Positions 20,786 to 32,164 of a DNA stretch of 64,000 nucleotides are shown one piece after another; positions within the stretch are counted from its first letter, which is position 1, and every line of letters starts with the position of its first letter. The position numbers and the translations under genes were made by a program. The notes under the pieces were generated by a model. The model worked only from the letters and a program-made list of their open reading frames with translations. It ran no database searches and had not been told where the DNA came from. Source of the stretch: an uncultured Gammaproteobacteria bacterium (GTDB lineage Bacteria > Pseudomonadota > Gammaproteobacteria > UBA9214); assembly GCA_963827755.1 (NCBI GenBank), contig CAWHCQ010000009.1:1-64000 (forward strand), in the 5' to 3' direction.

Positions 20786-21736
20786 TTACAGGGACTCGAA
20801 ATGCGCCACCATGCGCGCGCGCATGGCGGCATCCGGCAGGCGGCCGCGGCCGGCGCCCATGTTGTCCACCAGGTGCTTGAGCTTGCCGGTTGCGGGGATC
20901 ACGCAGGTGACGGCAGGATGCGAGATGACGTACTTCAGGAAAAACTGTCCCCAGCTGGCGCAATCGAACTCGGCCGCCCATTCCGGCAGCGGCTTGCCGC
21001 GCACCTGCGCGAACAGCCGGCCGTCCTCGAAGGCACGGTTAATGATCACCGCGGTGCGCTGTTCGGCGGCCAGCGGCAGCAGCATGCGTTCGGCCTCGCG
21101 CGTGGCGATGGAATAGTTGAACTGCACGCAGTCCAGCGTCTCGTCACGGATCACCCGGGCAAGTTCATCAAAGGCATCGACCCGGTAGTGCGTCACGCCG
21201 AGGTAGCGGATGCGGCCCTGCTCCTTCCAGCTGCGCAGGGTGCGCAGGTGCGTCTGCGTGTCGATCAGGTTGTGTACCTGCATGAGGTCAATGCGATCGC
21301 TGCGCAGCCGCCTGAAGGATTCCTCCATCTGCTCGATGCCCGCCTCGCGCCCGCGCGTCCAGACCTTGGTCGCCAGCCAGAGCTTTGCGGTGATGCCGAG
21401 TTGCGCGGCGACATCGCCGATGACCGTCTCGGCCGATCCGTACATGGGCGAGGTGTCGAGCACGCGCCCGCCGAGTTCGACGTAGCGCCCGAGCACCGCG
21501 CGCACCGGGGCGCGTTCCGCGGCCGACGCCCCGACCTCGAAGGTATCCGAGCTGCCCAGCCCGAGCGCCGGTATGCGCTCGCCGCTGCGCGGGATCGCGC
21601 GCAGGATCAGGTCGTCATTTGCCGGTGCTGCCGCCAGCCGGCCGGTGGCCATGCCGACGCCCGCGCCGACCAGCAAGGTCAGTGCCTCGCGCCGGCTCAA
21701 GCCACGATGTGGCGATTCAGTCTGTTTTTTCTCCAT
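20786..21736 (-). CDS. Aldo/keto reductase with a twin-arginine-like leader
   Basis: LGLGS, DTSPMYG, LATKVW, DLMQVHN; N-terminal SRREALTLLVGAG. Confidence 0.88.
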   Translation of the reverse strand: MEKKQTESPHRGLSRREALTLLVGAGVGMATGRLAAAPANDDLILRAIPRSGERIPALGLGSSDTFEVGASAAERAPVRAVLGRYVELGGRVLDTSPMYGSAETVIGDVAAQLGITAKLWLATKVWTRGREAGIEQMEESFRRLRSDRIDLMQVHNLIDTQTHLRTLRSWKEQGRIRYLGVTHYRVDAFDELARVIRDETLDCVQFNYSIATREAERMLLPLAAEQRTAVIINRAFEDGRLFAQVRGKPLPEWAAEFDCASWGQFFLKYVISHPAVTCVIPATGKLKHLVDNMGAGRGRLPDAAMRARMVAHFESL

Positions 21737-23036
21737 ACCCTGTCCTCCTTTCGTTTTGGCGCTCGCGCAAACGTTCCTGGCGGCGTCCCAGCAATACACC
21801 ATTATATGCCCACAACAGGGCCAGCGGCACGCCGACGAAGGCGATGGCACTCAGGCCCAGACCCAACGATGCGAGTCCCGTATACAGCCAGGCGCTGGCC
21901 GCGTCGCCGCCACGGTACACCAGCGTGTCGATCACATTCTTGGCCTTGTAGCGCTCCTCACGTTCGACCACGGTAAACAGCAGCTCGCGTGCCGGTCGCG
22001 AAACGGCATAGCTGCCTGCACGACGCAGGACCTGCACGCTGACCAGTGCGACCAGCCCGGGGAACGCGCCCAGCGCGACCAGGCCGGCCGCCACCCCCAG
22101 CGGAACGAAGGCCAGCGTACCGCCAACACCGAACCAGCGCACCACGCGCGCGGTGAAAAACAACTGCACGACGATGGTCAATACATTGACTGCAAGATCG
22201 ATCGCCGCGAACAACCGTGTGCGCTCGCCCGGGTCGTCGAACGCGGCCTTTACGATGTGTGCCTGCTCGAAATAGAGAAAGGTCGACAGGGTCGTATACA
22301 GCAGGATGTACAGACAGATCCCGAGCAGGTAGCGCGACACCAGCACCTGGCGCAGACCGGCCCACAGGCTGCCACCCGTGCCGCGTGCCGTAACCGTTGC
22401 CTGCGCGCCGTTACCGGGACGTGTCGAGGCCCACACCAGCAGGCGCCCGATGCAGAGCAGCGCGACCGCCATAAACGCCGCAGAGACAAGCAGCAGGTTC
22501 GCAGTCCCCAGCATCGGCGCCAGTGCAGCGGTCAGTGCCGGCCCCGTTACCGCGCCCGCACTGCCGCCCGCGGCAATGAAGCCGAACAGGCGGCGCGCCT
22601 GCGCGTTGCTGTAGAGGTCTGCCATGAAGCTCCAGAATACGGAGACCACGAACAGGTTGAACACGCTGACCCAGATGAAAAACGCGCGTGCACTGGCTTC
22701 GGGCGCAATGCCTGCACGCATGAGCAGATGAAAAACGAGCAGATTGGCAATGAAGAACAGGTACACCGCCGGCAACAGCCGCCGTCGCGGCAGGCGCGCA
22801 ACGGCCCAGCCGTAGAGCGGTACCACCGCGAGCATCACGAGGAAGGTGCCGGTAAACACCCACTGCAGGTTCTCGACCCCGCCCTGGATACCCATCTCGT
22901 CGCGTACCGGTCGAAGGACGTAATAACCGCACAACAGGGAAAAGAAATACAGAAACGACCAGGCGAGCCCGCGCAACTCCCCGGGCTGGAACGCTACCAG
23001 GCGTTGGAGCAGCGGTGCGTCTGAATCTGTGTTCAT
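21717..23036 (-). CDS. MFS transporter, NTP/NDP exchange (TLC/NTT-like) family
   Basis: YYVLRPVRDEMG, VVSVFWSFMAD, RPARELLF, YKAKNVID, YRGGD; overlaps the AKR start. Confidence 0.85.
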   Translation of the reverse strand: MNTDSDAPLLQRLVAFQPGELRGLAWSFLYFFSLLCGYYVLRPVRDEMGIQGGVENLQWVFTGTFLVMLAVVPLYGWAVARLPRRRLLPAVYLFFIANLLVFHLLMRAGIAPEASARAFFIWVSVFNLFVVSVFWSFMADLYSNAQARRLFGFIAAGGSAGAVTGPALTAALAPMLGTANLLLVSAAFMAVALLCIGRLLVWASTRPGNGAQATVTARGTGGSLWAGLRQVLVSRYLLGICLYILLYTTLSTFLYFEQAHIVKAAFDDPGERTRLFAAIDLAVNVLTIVVQLFFTARVVRWFGVGGTLAFVPLGVAAGLVALGAFPGLVALVSVQVLRRAGSYAVSRPARELLFTVVEREERYKAKNVIDTLVYRGGDAASAWLYTGLASLGLGLSAIAFVGVPLALLWAYNGVLLGRRQERLRERQNERRTGYGEKTD

Positions 23037-23167
23037 GGAATATCCTGCAGGAGATGCGGACCCAGCGGGTCTGGGAACCTGTAATCCGCGTAGCGGATCA
23101 TGATCCGCGGCCTCCGGCTGGGACACGGCATTGCTGACAACGCAGGATTCATCGCGAAGCCTTTCTA

Positions 23168-23696
23168 CTGGGGGACTGGGCGAAATCACTCGATCGCGGA
23201 TCAGATCCGCTACGACGGGGAGTCTGGGCGCCAACCTGATCGCGGATAGATCCGCTTCTGACAAAGAGCCTCTTGATCGCAGACCCGTCCTGAAAGTTAT
23301 AACCTATATCGCCATCGTCCCGCGGCAAGCGATTCATTTCGACCAACTGTCGAATCTGTGCCTGACCGGGGGGCTCGAGCGAAATCCGATCGCGGATTGA
23401 GATCCGCTCCTGCGCCGGGGTCTGTGCGAAACCCGATCGCGGATCAGATCCGCTCCTATCGGGGGGCTCGAGCGACAACCTGATCGCGGATTAGATCTGC
23501 TCCTGACGGGGGGGCTGGGCGAAACCGGATCGCGGATCAGATCCGCTCCTCGGGGGACTGGTCACCGAATGAATTTGCATCGGACTGACCTTTAGATTCA
23601 GAATCCGCTCCTGCGGGGGCAGGGCGACCCGATCGCGGATTACGATCCGCTCCTGCGCTGGACGGTCAAACTGTAGGAGCGGATCTCATCCGCGAT
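23168..23696. repeat. Tandem REP family B array, ~46-48 nt period, closed by one inverted copy
   Basis: GATCGCGGATCAGATCCGCTCC followed by GGGGGCTGGGCGAAAC-like linkers at about 23192, 23238, 23388, 23435, 23482, 23528, 23600 (partial) and 23631; inverted copy at 23672-23696. Confidence 0.85.
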
Positions 23697-23739
23697 GCTC
23701 CTGCTGGAACATAAAGATGTTGCGTGTCACCGGCATCTT

Positions 23740-24348
23740 TCATTTGCGCTCCAGCAGCGGTCGCAGTTCTTTCCAGATGCGGTCGCGGATAAGCGGCTGG
23801 GCGTCGGCATTGGGGTGCAGGCCGTCCGCCTGCATCAGCGTCTGCTCGGTGCCGATGCCATCAACCAGCGACGGTAGCAGGGCCAGCCCGTGTTCGCGGG
23901 CGAGTTCATGGTAGATGGCCTGGAACTTTTGCGTATAAACGGGGCCATAGTTAGGCGGTAACTGCACACCGATGAGCAGCACCCGCGCGCCCGCTGCCTG
24001 CGCGCTGGCAATCATGGCGGCCAGGTTGTCTTTCATGGCCGTCAGCGAGAGGCCACGCAGGCCATCGTTGCCACCCAGTCCCAGCAGCAAAACGGCCGGT
24101 TTATCACTGGAAACGGCCTGGGCCAACCGGGCACGGGCGTTGGCGGTGGTGTCACCGCTGATGCTGGCATTGATGATCCGGTAGGGATAACCCTCTTTAT
24201 CGAGGCATTCCTGCAGCAGGGTAACCCAGCCCTTTTCGACCGGAATACCGTAGGCGGCGCTGAGACTGTCGCCCACAACCAGTATGATGTGGGCAGACGC
24301 CGCATGCGGCAGGATCAACAACAGCAGGAGCAGGATTCGATTCAACAT
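23740..24348 (-). CDS. tesA: Arylesterase / acyl-CoA thioesterase I (SGNH)
   Basis: GDSLS, ASISGDTT, GGNDGLRG, DGLHP; signal peptide; head-to-head with ybbA. Confidence 0.9.
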   Translation of the reverse strand: MLNRILLLLLLILPHAASAHIILVVGDSLSAAYGIPVEKGWVTLLQECLDKEGYPYRIINASISGDTTANARARLAQAVSSDKPAVLLLGLGGNDGLRGLSLTAMKDNLAAMIASAQAAGARVLLIGVQLPPNYGPVYTQKFQAIYHELAREHGLALLPSLVDGIGTEQTLMQADGLHPNADAQPLIRDRIWKELRPLLERK

Positions 24349-25054
24349 GTCTGAGACCAAGCATACCACCATGATTGCCGCACGAAACTTGAGTAAACGT
24401 GTGGATACTGCCGCCGGCCCGCTGGATATCCTGAACAATATCGATCTCGAGATAAAGGCGCGCGAGGCCGTCGCCGTTGTCGGCGTCTCCGGGTCCGGCA
24501 AGTCGACACTGCTGGGACTGCTCGCCGGGCTGGATCTTCCTTCTGCCGGCGAGGTGTTTTTGTCCCGCTATCGTCTCAACGATCTGGACGAAGACGGCCG
24601 CGCCCGGGTGCGCGGCGAGCTGGTGGGTTTCGTGTTCCAGTCCTTTCAATTGCTCGGCGGCCTGACGGCGCTCGAAAATGTCATGTTGCCGCTGGAGTTG
24701 CGCGGCGACCGGGACCCGCGCGACCGGGCCACGGAACTGCTGGGCCGCGTGGGACTGGAAGGACGGCTGACGCATTACCCGAAACAGCTGTCGGGCGGGG
24801 AGCAGCAGCGGGTCGCCATTGCGCGCGCCTTCGCCACCGAACCGGCCATCCTGTTTGCCGATGAGCCCACGGGTAATCTCGACAACGTCACCGGTGAACG
24901 GATCATTGATCTGTTGTTCCGGCTCAACCAGGACAAGGGCACCACCCTGGTACTCGTGACCCATGACGAACACCTGGCCGGCCGTTGCGAACGGCTGATC
25001 CGCCTGGAGGCCGGCCGGGTTGTCGCAGAGATGGAAGAGGCGTCCAGCACATGA
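24347..25054 (+). CDS. ybbA: ABC transporter ATP-binding protein
   Basis: GVSGSGKST, LSGGEQQR, ADEPTGNLD; tesA-ybbA-ybbP synteny. Confidence 0.9.
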   Translation: MSETKHTTMIAARNLSKRVDTAAGPLDILNNIDLEIKAREAVAVVGVSGSGKSTLLGLLAGLDLPSAGEVFLSRYRLNDLDEDGRARVRGELVGFVFQSFQLLGGLTALENVMLPLELRGDRDPRDRATELLGRVGLEGRLTHYPKQLSGGEQQRVAIARAFATEPAILFADEPTGNLDNVTGERIIDLLFRLNQDKGTTLVLVTHDEHLAGRCERLIRLEAGRVVAEMEEASST

Positions 25055-27541
25055 TCCGCTGGCGCCTGGCCATGCGGCTGATGGTGCGCAACCGGCGCGC
25101 CGGCGAGCAGCGCATCCTGGTGGCTGCGCTGGTGATTGCCGTGTCGGCCAGTACGGCCATCGGCTTCTTCACCGACAGGCTGGGCCGGGGCATGGCGAAC
25201 CAGTCGGCGGACTTACTCGGTGCCGACCTGGCACTGGTCAGCCCGCGCCCCGTGGACGCCGCCTGGATCGACAAGGCGCGTGCCACCGGCCTGCGGGCCG
25301 TCCAAACCCTCGAATTCGCCAGCGTGGTGGTCGGCGGCGACGAGTTGCTGCTGTCGAGTGTGAAGGCGGTACAGGATGGTTTTCCCCTGCGGGGCGAGCT
25401 GCGCACGGCCGAAGCCCCGTTCGCTGCAGACAGCACAACGGATGCCCTGCCCCGGCCCGGTGAAGCCTGGGTGGCCCCGCGCCTGCTGACAGCGCTCGGC
25501 TTGCAGGTGGGCGACAGCGTCGAGGTCGGAACCCAGTACACTGAACATCAGCCGGGTGATCACCTTCGAGCCCGGCCAGGTCGGTGATCCGTTCGGCATC
25601 GCGCCGCGACTGCTGATGCGCCTGGCGGATGTCCGTGCCACCGGCGTGGTCCAGCCGGGCAGCCGGCTGTCTTACCAGTACCTGTTTGCGGGCCGCGAGG
25701 CGGACGTGGCGAAATTCCGCGGCTGGCTGGAAGCGCGCCTCGGACCCAGCCACGAACTGGTCGGCGTGAAGGAAGGCCGCCGCGCGGTAGGTTCGGCGCT
25801 GGAACGGGCGGAGCGTTACCTCGGGCTTTCCGTGCTGGCGGCGATCGTACTGGCGGGGGTCGCCGTGGGCATGGCGGCACGCCGCTACAGCGAGCGGCAT
25901 TTCGACATGAGCGCCATGCTGCGCTGCATGGGCGCCTCGCAACGGGACCTGCTCGGTCTCTATCTGCCGCAACTGCTGGTGCTCGGCCTGGCCGCCTCGG
26001 CCGTCGGTTGTTTCCTCGGCTGGCTGGCACAGTACGGTCTCCTCTACCTGTTGGCCGACCTGTTGCCCGCCGCCCCCTCTGCGCCGCACGCCTGGCCGTT
26101 GCTGGCGGGCTTCGCCACCGGCCTGATCACGCTGGCCGGCTTTGCACTGCCGCCGGTGATGCGTCTGAAGAATGTGCCGCCTCTGCGCGTGCTGCGACGT
26201 GACCTGTTACCCCTGCCGAGTCGCGCCTGGCTGGTCTACGGTGCCGCGCTGTGCGCCGTCGTGGCGGTGATGTGGCGCTACACCGATAGCTGGCCGTTGA
26301 CGTTGGCGGTGCTGGCCGGCGGCATTGCCCTGACCGCGCTGCTGGGCCTGCTGGCCCTGTTGCTGTTGTTGCTGAGCCGGCGCCTGAATACCCGCGTCGG
26401 CGTTGCCTGGCGTTTTGGCTTGAACAACCTCTGGCGCCGCCGGCAGGGTAGCATTAGCCAGATTCTGGCATTTGGCCTGACACTGATGGCGATGGCGATA
26501 GTTGCCCTGGTGCGCACCGATCTGATGACGACCTGGCAACGCCAGCTGCCTGATGATGCGCCGAACCACTTCGCCATTAACATACTGCCTGGCGAGGTAG
26601 ACGGATTTCGTGACTTCATGCAGGCCGCGGGCATCACCACCTCGCAGCTTTACCCGATGACACGGGGCCGCCTGGTGCAAATCAACGGTACATCGGTGCG
26701 CCAGGCCGTAACCAAGGAGGCGCGCAGTGACAACGCCCTGAATCGCGAGCTCAACCTCACCTGGACGACCGAGCTGCAACAGGACAACCGGATCCTGACG
26801 GGGCGCTGGTGGGTGCCGCAGGATACCGGGAAACCGCTGGTGTCGGTCGAGTCGAAACTGGCCGAACGCATGGGCATCGAACTGGGTGATGAACTCGGCT
26901 TCTCGATCGGCGCAGAGCGCTTCAGCGCCGTGGTTGCGAGTATTCGCAGCGTGCAATGGGATTCTTTTCGGCCCAACTTCTACATGGTGTTCCCGCCGCA
27001 GGTGATCGAGCAGTTTCCAGCTACCTACATGACCAGTTTCTACCTGCAGAAAAATACCAAGTCGTTGCTGCGCGAACTGGTCCGGCGATACCCCGCGGTG
27101 ACGGTGCTGGAAATGGACCGGGTGCTCGAGCAGATCGGCCGCATCTTTGCGCAGGTCACCCTCGCGGTGGAATATGTCCTGCTGTTTACCCTGCTGGCCG
27201 GTTTTGCCGTGCTGTTCGCGGTGCTGCAGGCCAGCCAGGACGAACGGCTTTATGAAGGTGCGCTGTTGCGCGTCCTCGGCGGCAGCCGCCGCCAGCTGCG
27301 CGCCGGACACCTGGCGGAATTCACCGCCCTCGGCGCACTGGCCGGCCTGGTGGCTGCCATGGGTACGGAATGCCTCGCTTTTGTGTTGTACAGCAGGGTG
27401 CTGGACCTGGAGTACAGTTTCCAGTGGCCGGTATGGCTGCTCGCACCCGCAGCCGGCGCGCTGCTCATCGGCGCCGCCGGCTACCTGGGTACGCGCGCCG
27501 TGGTCGAGCGCAGCCCCATGCGGCTGTTGCACGACCAATAG
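25051..27541 (+). CDS. ybbP: ABC transporter permease, FtsX-like (frameshift near 25533)
   Basis: LLGADL, APRLLM, DAPNHFAINI, LNRELNLTW, WDSFRPNF motifs. Confidence 0.9.
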
Positions 27542-27621
27542 TGCTGCCGACGGCTTGCCCTGGCCGGTTCAGTTCCGATCGGCGGATAGTAAAGAGGCGG
27601 GAGAATGCTTGAATATCAGCC

Positions 27622-27783
27622 ATGAAACGATTCAAGGACCCTGTTCTGCTGGCGCTGCTGGGGCTGTTGCTTGCCAGCCTGCTGGCATTCATCCTCGGCA
27701 TCATTCCCTACCCCTTCGGGCTGTTCATCCTGACGATCTTCATTGCCGCGCGCATCTTTTACCTGAAGGGCGCGGGGAAATAA
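27622..27783 (+). CDS. Small two-TM membrane protein, 53 aa (below the ORF-track cutoff)
   Basis: MKRFKDPVLLALLGLLLASLLAFILGIIPYPFGLFILTIFIAARIFYLKGAGK, translated by hand. Confidence 0.7.
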   Translation: MKRFKDPVLLALLGLLLASLLAFILGIIPYPFGLFILTIFIAARIFYLKGAGK

Positions 27784-27952
27784 AGCCCGCCAGCCGCGAA
27801 TGGCATGCGCCAGTCAAGCACAGCCGCAAGGGCGCCGCCGCGAGCATGCCTGTAATCGTCGCAGCGATCGCGCGGCCAGTACGGGTAATTCGGGGTCACG
27901 TTATTGAGCTGAAATAAGTATACTGTGCGACTAATTTTCCAGGAGAGATTGT

Positions 27953-30707
27953 ATGAACAAGCAGTACGTATTCGGATTCGAGGAAGGCGATGGCCACAAC
28001 AAGATGCTGCTCGGCGGCAAGGGTGCCAACCTGTGCGAAATGACCCAGATCGGTATCAATGTGCCGCCCGGCTTCGTAATCACCACGGAGGCCTGCCTCT
28101 ATTACCTGGAAAATGCCCAGACACGATTTGCCCGTCGGGGTCATGGATGAAGTCCGCGCACAAATGCGGCTGCTCGAGGAGAAAACCGGCAAGACCTTCG
28201 GCGGCAGCGATAATCCCCTGCTGGTCTCGGTGCGCTCCGGCTCGGCCATGTCCATGCCGGGCATGATGGACACCATCCTCAACCTCGGGCTCAACACCGA
28301 CACCCTGAAGGGCCTGATTGCACAGACCGGCAACGAACGCTTCGGCTGGGACGCCTACCGCCGTTTCATCCAGCTGTTCGGCAAGGTTGCGCTGGGCGTT
28401 TCGGACGAGGCCTTCGACGATGTCTTCGACGCCGTCAAGGAAACGGCCGGCGTCAAGGAGGACGTGGCCCTGACGGCCCGCGATCTGCGCGAGATTAGCC
28501 GACCGTTTCCTGGAGGTGGTCGAGCGCGAAACCGGCAGACCCTTTCCGGATGACCCGATGGAACAGCTGGAGATCGCCGTCAAGGCGGTATTCGATTCAT
28601 GGATGGGCAAGCGCGCAATCGACTACCGGCGCGAGTTCCATATCACGCCGGAGATGGCCAACGGCACCGCCGTCAACCTGTGCACCATGGTGTTCGGCAA
28701 CCTCGGCGATGACAGCGCGACGGGCGTGGGCTTTACCCGCTACCCCGACACCGGCGAAAACAGGCTGTTCGGCGAGTACCTGGTGAATGCCCAGGGTGAA
28801 GACGTGGTGGCCGGTATCCGCACCCCGAAGACGATCGACATGCTGGAGCAGGAAATGCCGGACATGTACCGCGAGCTGCAGGTGCTGCGCGAGCGGCTGG
28901 AGTCTCACTACCATGAAGTACAGGACTTCGAGTTCACCATCGAGAAGGGGCGTTTCTACTGCCTGCAGACCCGCAACGGCAAGATGAATGCCGCGGCAAT
29001 GGTGCGTACCTCGGTGGACATGGCGCGCGAGGGTCTGATCGACAAACGCCAGGCGCTGCTGCGCATCGAGCCTGATCTGCTGGAACAACTGCTGTTTCCA
29101 CGGCTCGATCCCGCCGCCCAGCATGCGCCGGTGGCGCGCGGCCTGCCCGCCTCGCCCGGCGCGGCAACGGGACACGCCGTGTTCGATGCCGATCGTGCCG
29201 AGCAGCAGGGGACCCTCGGACAACACGTCATCCTGATACGCGAGGAAACCAAGCCCGAAGACATCCACGGCTTTTTTGCCTCGCAGGGTATTCTCACGGC
29301 GCGCGGCGGCAAGACCTCGCACGCGGCGGTGGTGGCACGCGGCATGGGCAAACCCTGCGTGGCGGGCGCCGAGGGTATTACTGTCGACGTGCGCATGCGC
29401 AAGGCCTTTGTCGGTGGACAGACCATCAGCGAGGGTGACCTGATTACCCTCGACGGCACCACCGGCGATGTCTACCTCGGCACCGTGCCGATGATCGAGA
29501 GCGAATTTTCATCGGAGCTCGGAATCCTGCTGGGCTGGGCTGACGAAACCACCCACCTCAAGGTCATGGCCAATGCCGATACGCCACAGGATGCCGAGCA
29601 GGCGCTCAAATTCGGCGCCATGGGTATCGGCCTGTGCCGCACCGAACGCATGTTCAACGATGCGGCAAGGCTGCCTATCGTGATCGAAATGATCGTGGCG
29701 GATACCACCGGCGACCGGCAGACGGCGCTCGACAAGCTGCTGCCGATCCAGCGCGAGGACTTCAAGGGGATTTTCAAGGCCATGGCGCCGCGGCCGGTGA
29801 CCATTCGCCTGCTGGATCCGCCGATCCACGAGTTCCTGCCGTCTGAACAGCAGCTGGTGGAGGAACTGGACCAGCTGCGTCACCTGAAGGATACCGTGAT
29901 GGGCATGAATATCCTCTCCGATGCCGTGCAAGCTCATCTACAGCGGCCGGGAAGATGCCTGTCATCGGCGACCTGACCGACCCGATGCTGGTCGACGAGG
30001 CGATCGATAAAAAGGATACCATGCTGAAAAAGGTGCGCACCCTGTACGAAGTCAACCCGATGCTGGGTCACCGCGGTGTGCGCCTGGGACTGTCATTCCC
30101 GGAGATCTATTCCATGCAGATCCAGGCCGTACTGGAGGCCGCGGCCGAATGCCGCCAGGAGGGCTTCGAGGTCTCTCCCGAAATCATGGTGCCGCAGGTA
30201 TGCACCTCGCAGGAACTGAAACAGGTGAAGAGCTATGTCGATGCCGTGCACACGGTGGTCGAGGCCAAGTACGGCATAAAGGTCGACTTCAAGTTCGGTA
30301 CCATGATGGAGGTGGTGCGTGCCTGCATGCGCGCCGGCAGCCTGGCCGAAGAGGCCGAGTTCTTCTCTTTCGGCACCAACGACCTGACCCAGGCGACCTT
30401 CTCGTTCTCGCGCGAGGACGCCGAGAACAAGTTCCTGCCGATGTACAACGAACTCGGGATACTGCAGGACAATCCGTTCGAGGTGCTCGATATCAAGGGT
30501 GTGGGCAAACTGATGCAGCTGGCCGTCGAGTGGGGCCGGCAGACACGTCCGGACATGAAGGTCGGCATCTGCGGCGAACACGGCGGACATCCCGAATCGA
30601 TCCGCTTCTGCCACGACATCGGCCTGAGCTACGTCTCCTGCTCGGGCCCGCGCGTCCCGGTGGCGCGCCTCGCCGCCGCCCACGCGGCCCTGGCAAGCAC
30701 ACCCTGA
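27953..30707 (+). CDS. ppdK: Pyruvate phosphate dikinase (frameshifts near 28117, 28500 and 29928-29950)
   Basis: [27 protein letters not shown] phospho-His motif, [24 protein letters not shown]. Confidence 0.95.
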
Positions 30708-30752
30708 ACTACCGGGGCCCGGTCGCTGTAGTCGCTACTCGAAGCAGAATTT

Positions 30753-30779
30753 TGCAGGGTGCGTTTTATGCACCCTGCA
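30753..30779. repeat. Palindrome family E (possible bidirectional terminator)
   Basis: TGCAGGGTGCGTTTTATGCACCCTGCA; near-identical copy at 39605-39627; both lie between convergent genes. Confidence 0.65.
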
Positions 30780-30803
30780 TGAGGTGCCGGTTACGCCGCC
30801 GCT

Positions 30804-31379
30804 TTATTTTTTCAAGGTCCGTGATTCGAATCCCAATGCATAAAGTTTGAGCTTCGTTCTGGCAAGTACTCGAGGATTAGTGAACGGACCGACACATACA
30901 CGGTGATAAACACCCGTATCATCAATACTGGCCTCCTGGATCTCGCTCTTGAGTCCCATCCTCGAAAGTTTCTTCTTCAGCACAATTGCACGATCCTGCT
31001 CGTGGAATGCCCCGACTTGCAGGTAATAGCTTAGCGGCTGGCTTGTTGCAGTTGAGTCGGCAGTTTCATCCCCGGCGGTTGGCGCTGCCGCTGCCATCTT
31101 CATATCTGACAACGTGTGAGATGCCGGAGCCAGCGTATCCCTGTCCGATGCAGAGCCATGCACCTGTTGCGCCACGACCAGTATCAACAACATGCTCAAC
31201 ACAGCCACTCTGGCCAGCGCACCGCCTGTAATCCTGTCGTCACCAAACGGTGAAAATACCCTGTGGCACACAGACTTGCTCGCCCGGTTCTGCACTGCCT
31301 GGTCGATATGTGCCGCCTGTGTCTCCTGTGAGAACAGTTGATACCGGTTCGGTATCCTGTTGTTGTTCTCTTCGGTCAT
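30804..31379 (-). CDS. SPOR domain membrane-anchored protein (FtsN-like C-terminus)
   Basis: One TM segment, then YYLQVGAF and HRVCVGPF. Confidence 0.8.
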   Translation of the reverse strand: MTEENNNRIPNRYQLFSQETQAAHIDQAVQNRASKSVCHRVFSPFGDDRITGGALARVAVLSMLLILVVAQQVHGSASDRDTLAPASHTLSDMKMAAAAPTAGDETADSTATSQPLSYYLQVGAFHEQDRAIVLKKKLSRMGLKSEIQEASIDDTGVYHRVCVGPFTNPRVLARTKLKLYALGFESRTLKK

Positions 31380-31499
31380 GGTGTTACCCCTCCAGGCATT
31401 CTTTTTAAATGGCCGAACGCAGTCGTTCCATAACATTGCGCAAAGGATGTTCTCCGTTTCAGCAGCGGTGCATGTAGCGAACCCTGCGCAAGAAGATGG

Positions 31500-32105
31500 T
31501 TACGCTACTGCTTTTTTGATAAGCGGAACCAGCGACTCCGGCAGCCTGACGTTGCCCGAGAGTGCGAACTGCTGCGCCTTTGCGGACATCTTCTTCCAGG
31601 TCTTGCGGATAATATCCAGCCACCTGTCCTCGTCGTAGTCGGGATGTTTCCCGACGAATTCAAGCATGTAGTGCTCCATGAATACCAGGTCGGCAATGTC
31701 CTCCAGCAACTGGGTGTCCGGATTCTCCATGATTTTCAGTTTCGCCACTGCCTGGTAGACCCGGCCGGTGACGTCTTCGCCATAACCCGCCCGCGCCAGC
31801 AGCTCGACCGCGGTTTGCGCCTGGGTTTTATAAAGATCCTTGCGCCATTGCAGGTAGCCGATACGATCCATCGGGTAGCTGTCGCGCGGCGATTTCCAGC
31901 GCTGCACATGCTGCGCGCGTATCGCCAGCTGCTGCGCGGCATCGGCTTCGGGCATGAAGCGGCTTAACATATCGGACATGTAGTGCGAATAAAGCAGCTC
32001 TTTCGGCCATTCCTTGCCGTCCACGTTTACCCGGTTCGGGTCTTCGCTGTTAGCGGCATCTATCAGTGCCATCGCCTTGTCGAGCATCGTTTGTTGTTGT
32101 GACAT
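31500..32105 (-). CDS. DUF4202 family protein
   Basis: IDAANSEDP, AQHVQRW, GYLQWR, QLLED, KTWKKMS. Confidence 0.88.
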   Translation of the reverse strand: MSQQQTMLDKAMALIDAANSEDPNRVNVDGKEWPKELLYSHYMSDMLSRFMPEADAAQQLAIRAQHVQRWKSPRDSYPMDRIGYLQWRKDLYKTQAQTAVELLARAGYGEDVTGRVYQAVAKLKIMENPDTQLLEDIADLVFMEHYMLEFVGKHPDYDEDRWLDIIRKTWKKMSAKAQQFALSGNVRLPESLVPLIKKAVA

Positions 32106-32164
32106 ATATAGCTATCCTGTTTTAACCGGTCCCTATATTACAGATAAATCCTGAATCATGCCGC

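Noticed and set aside
23168-23696. Possible CRISPR array
   Set aside because: Linkers resemble each other rather than being unique spacers, the unit is the dispersed REP, and no cas genes are present.
24346-24349. Overlapping divergent start codons of tesA and ybbA
   Set aside because: Head-to-head overlap of this pair is known from E. coli and is not novel.
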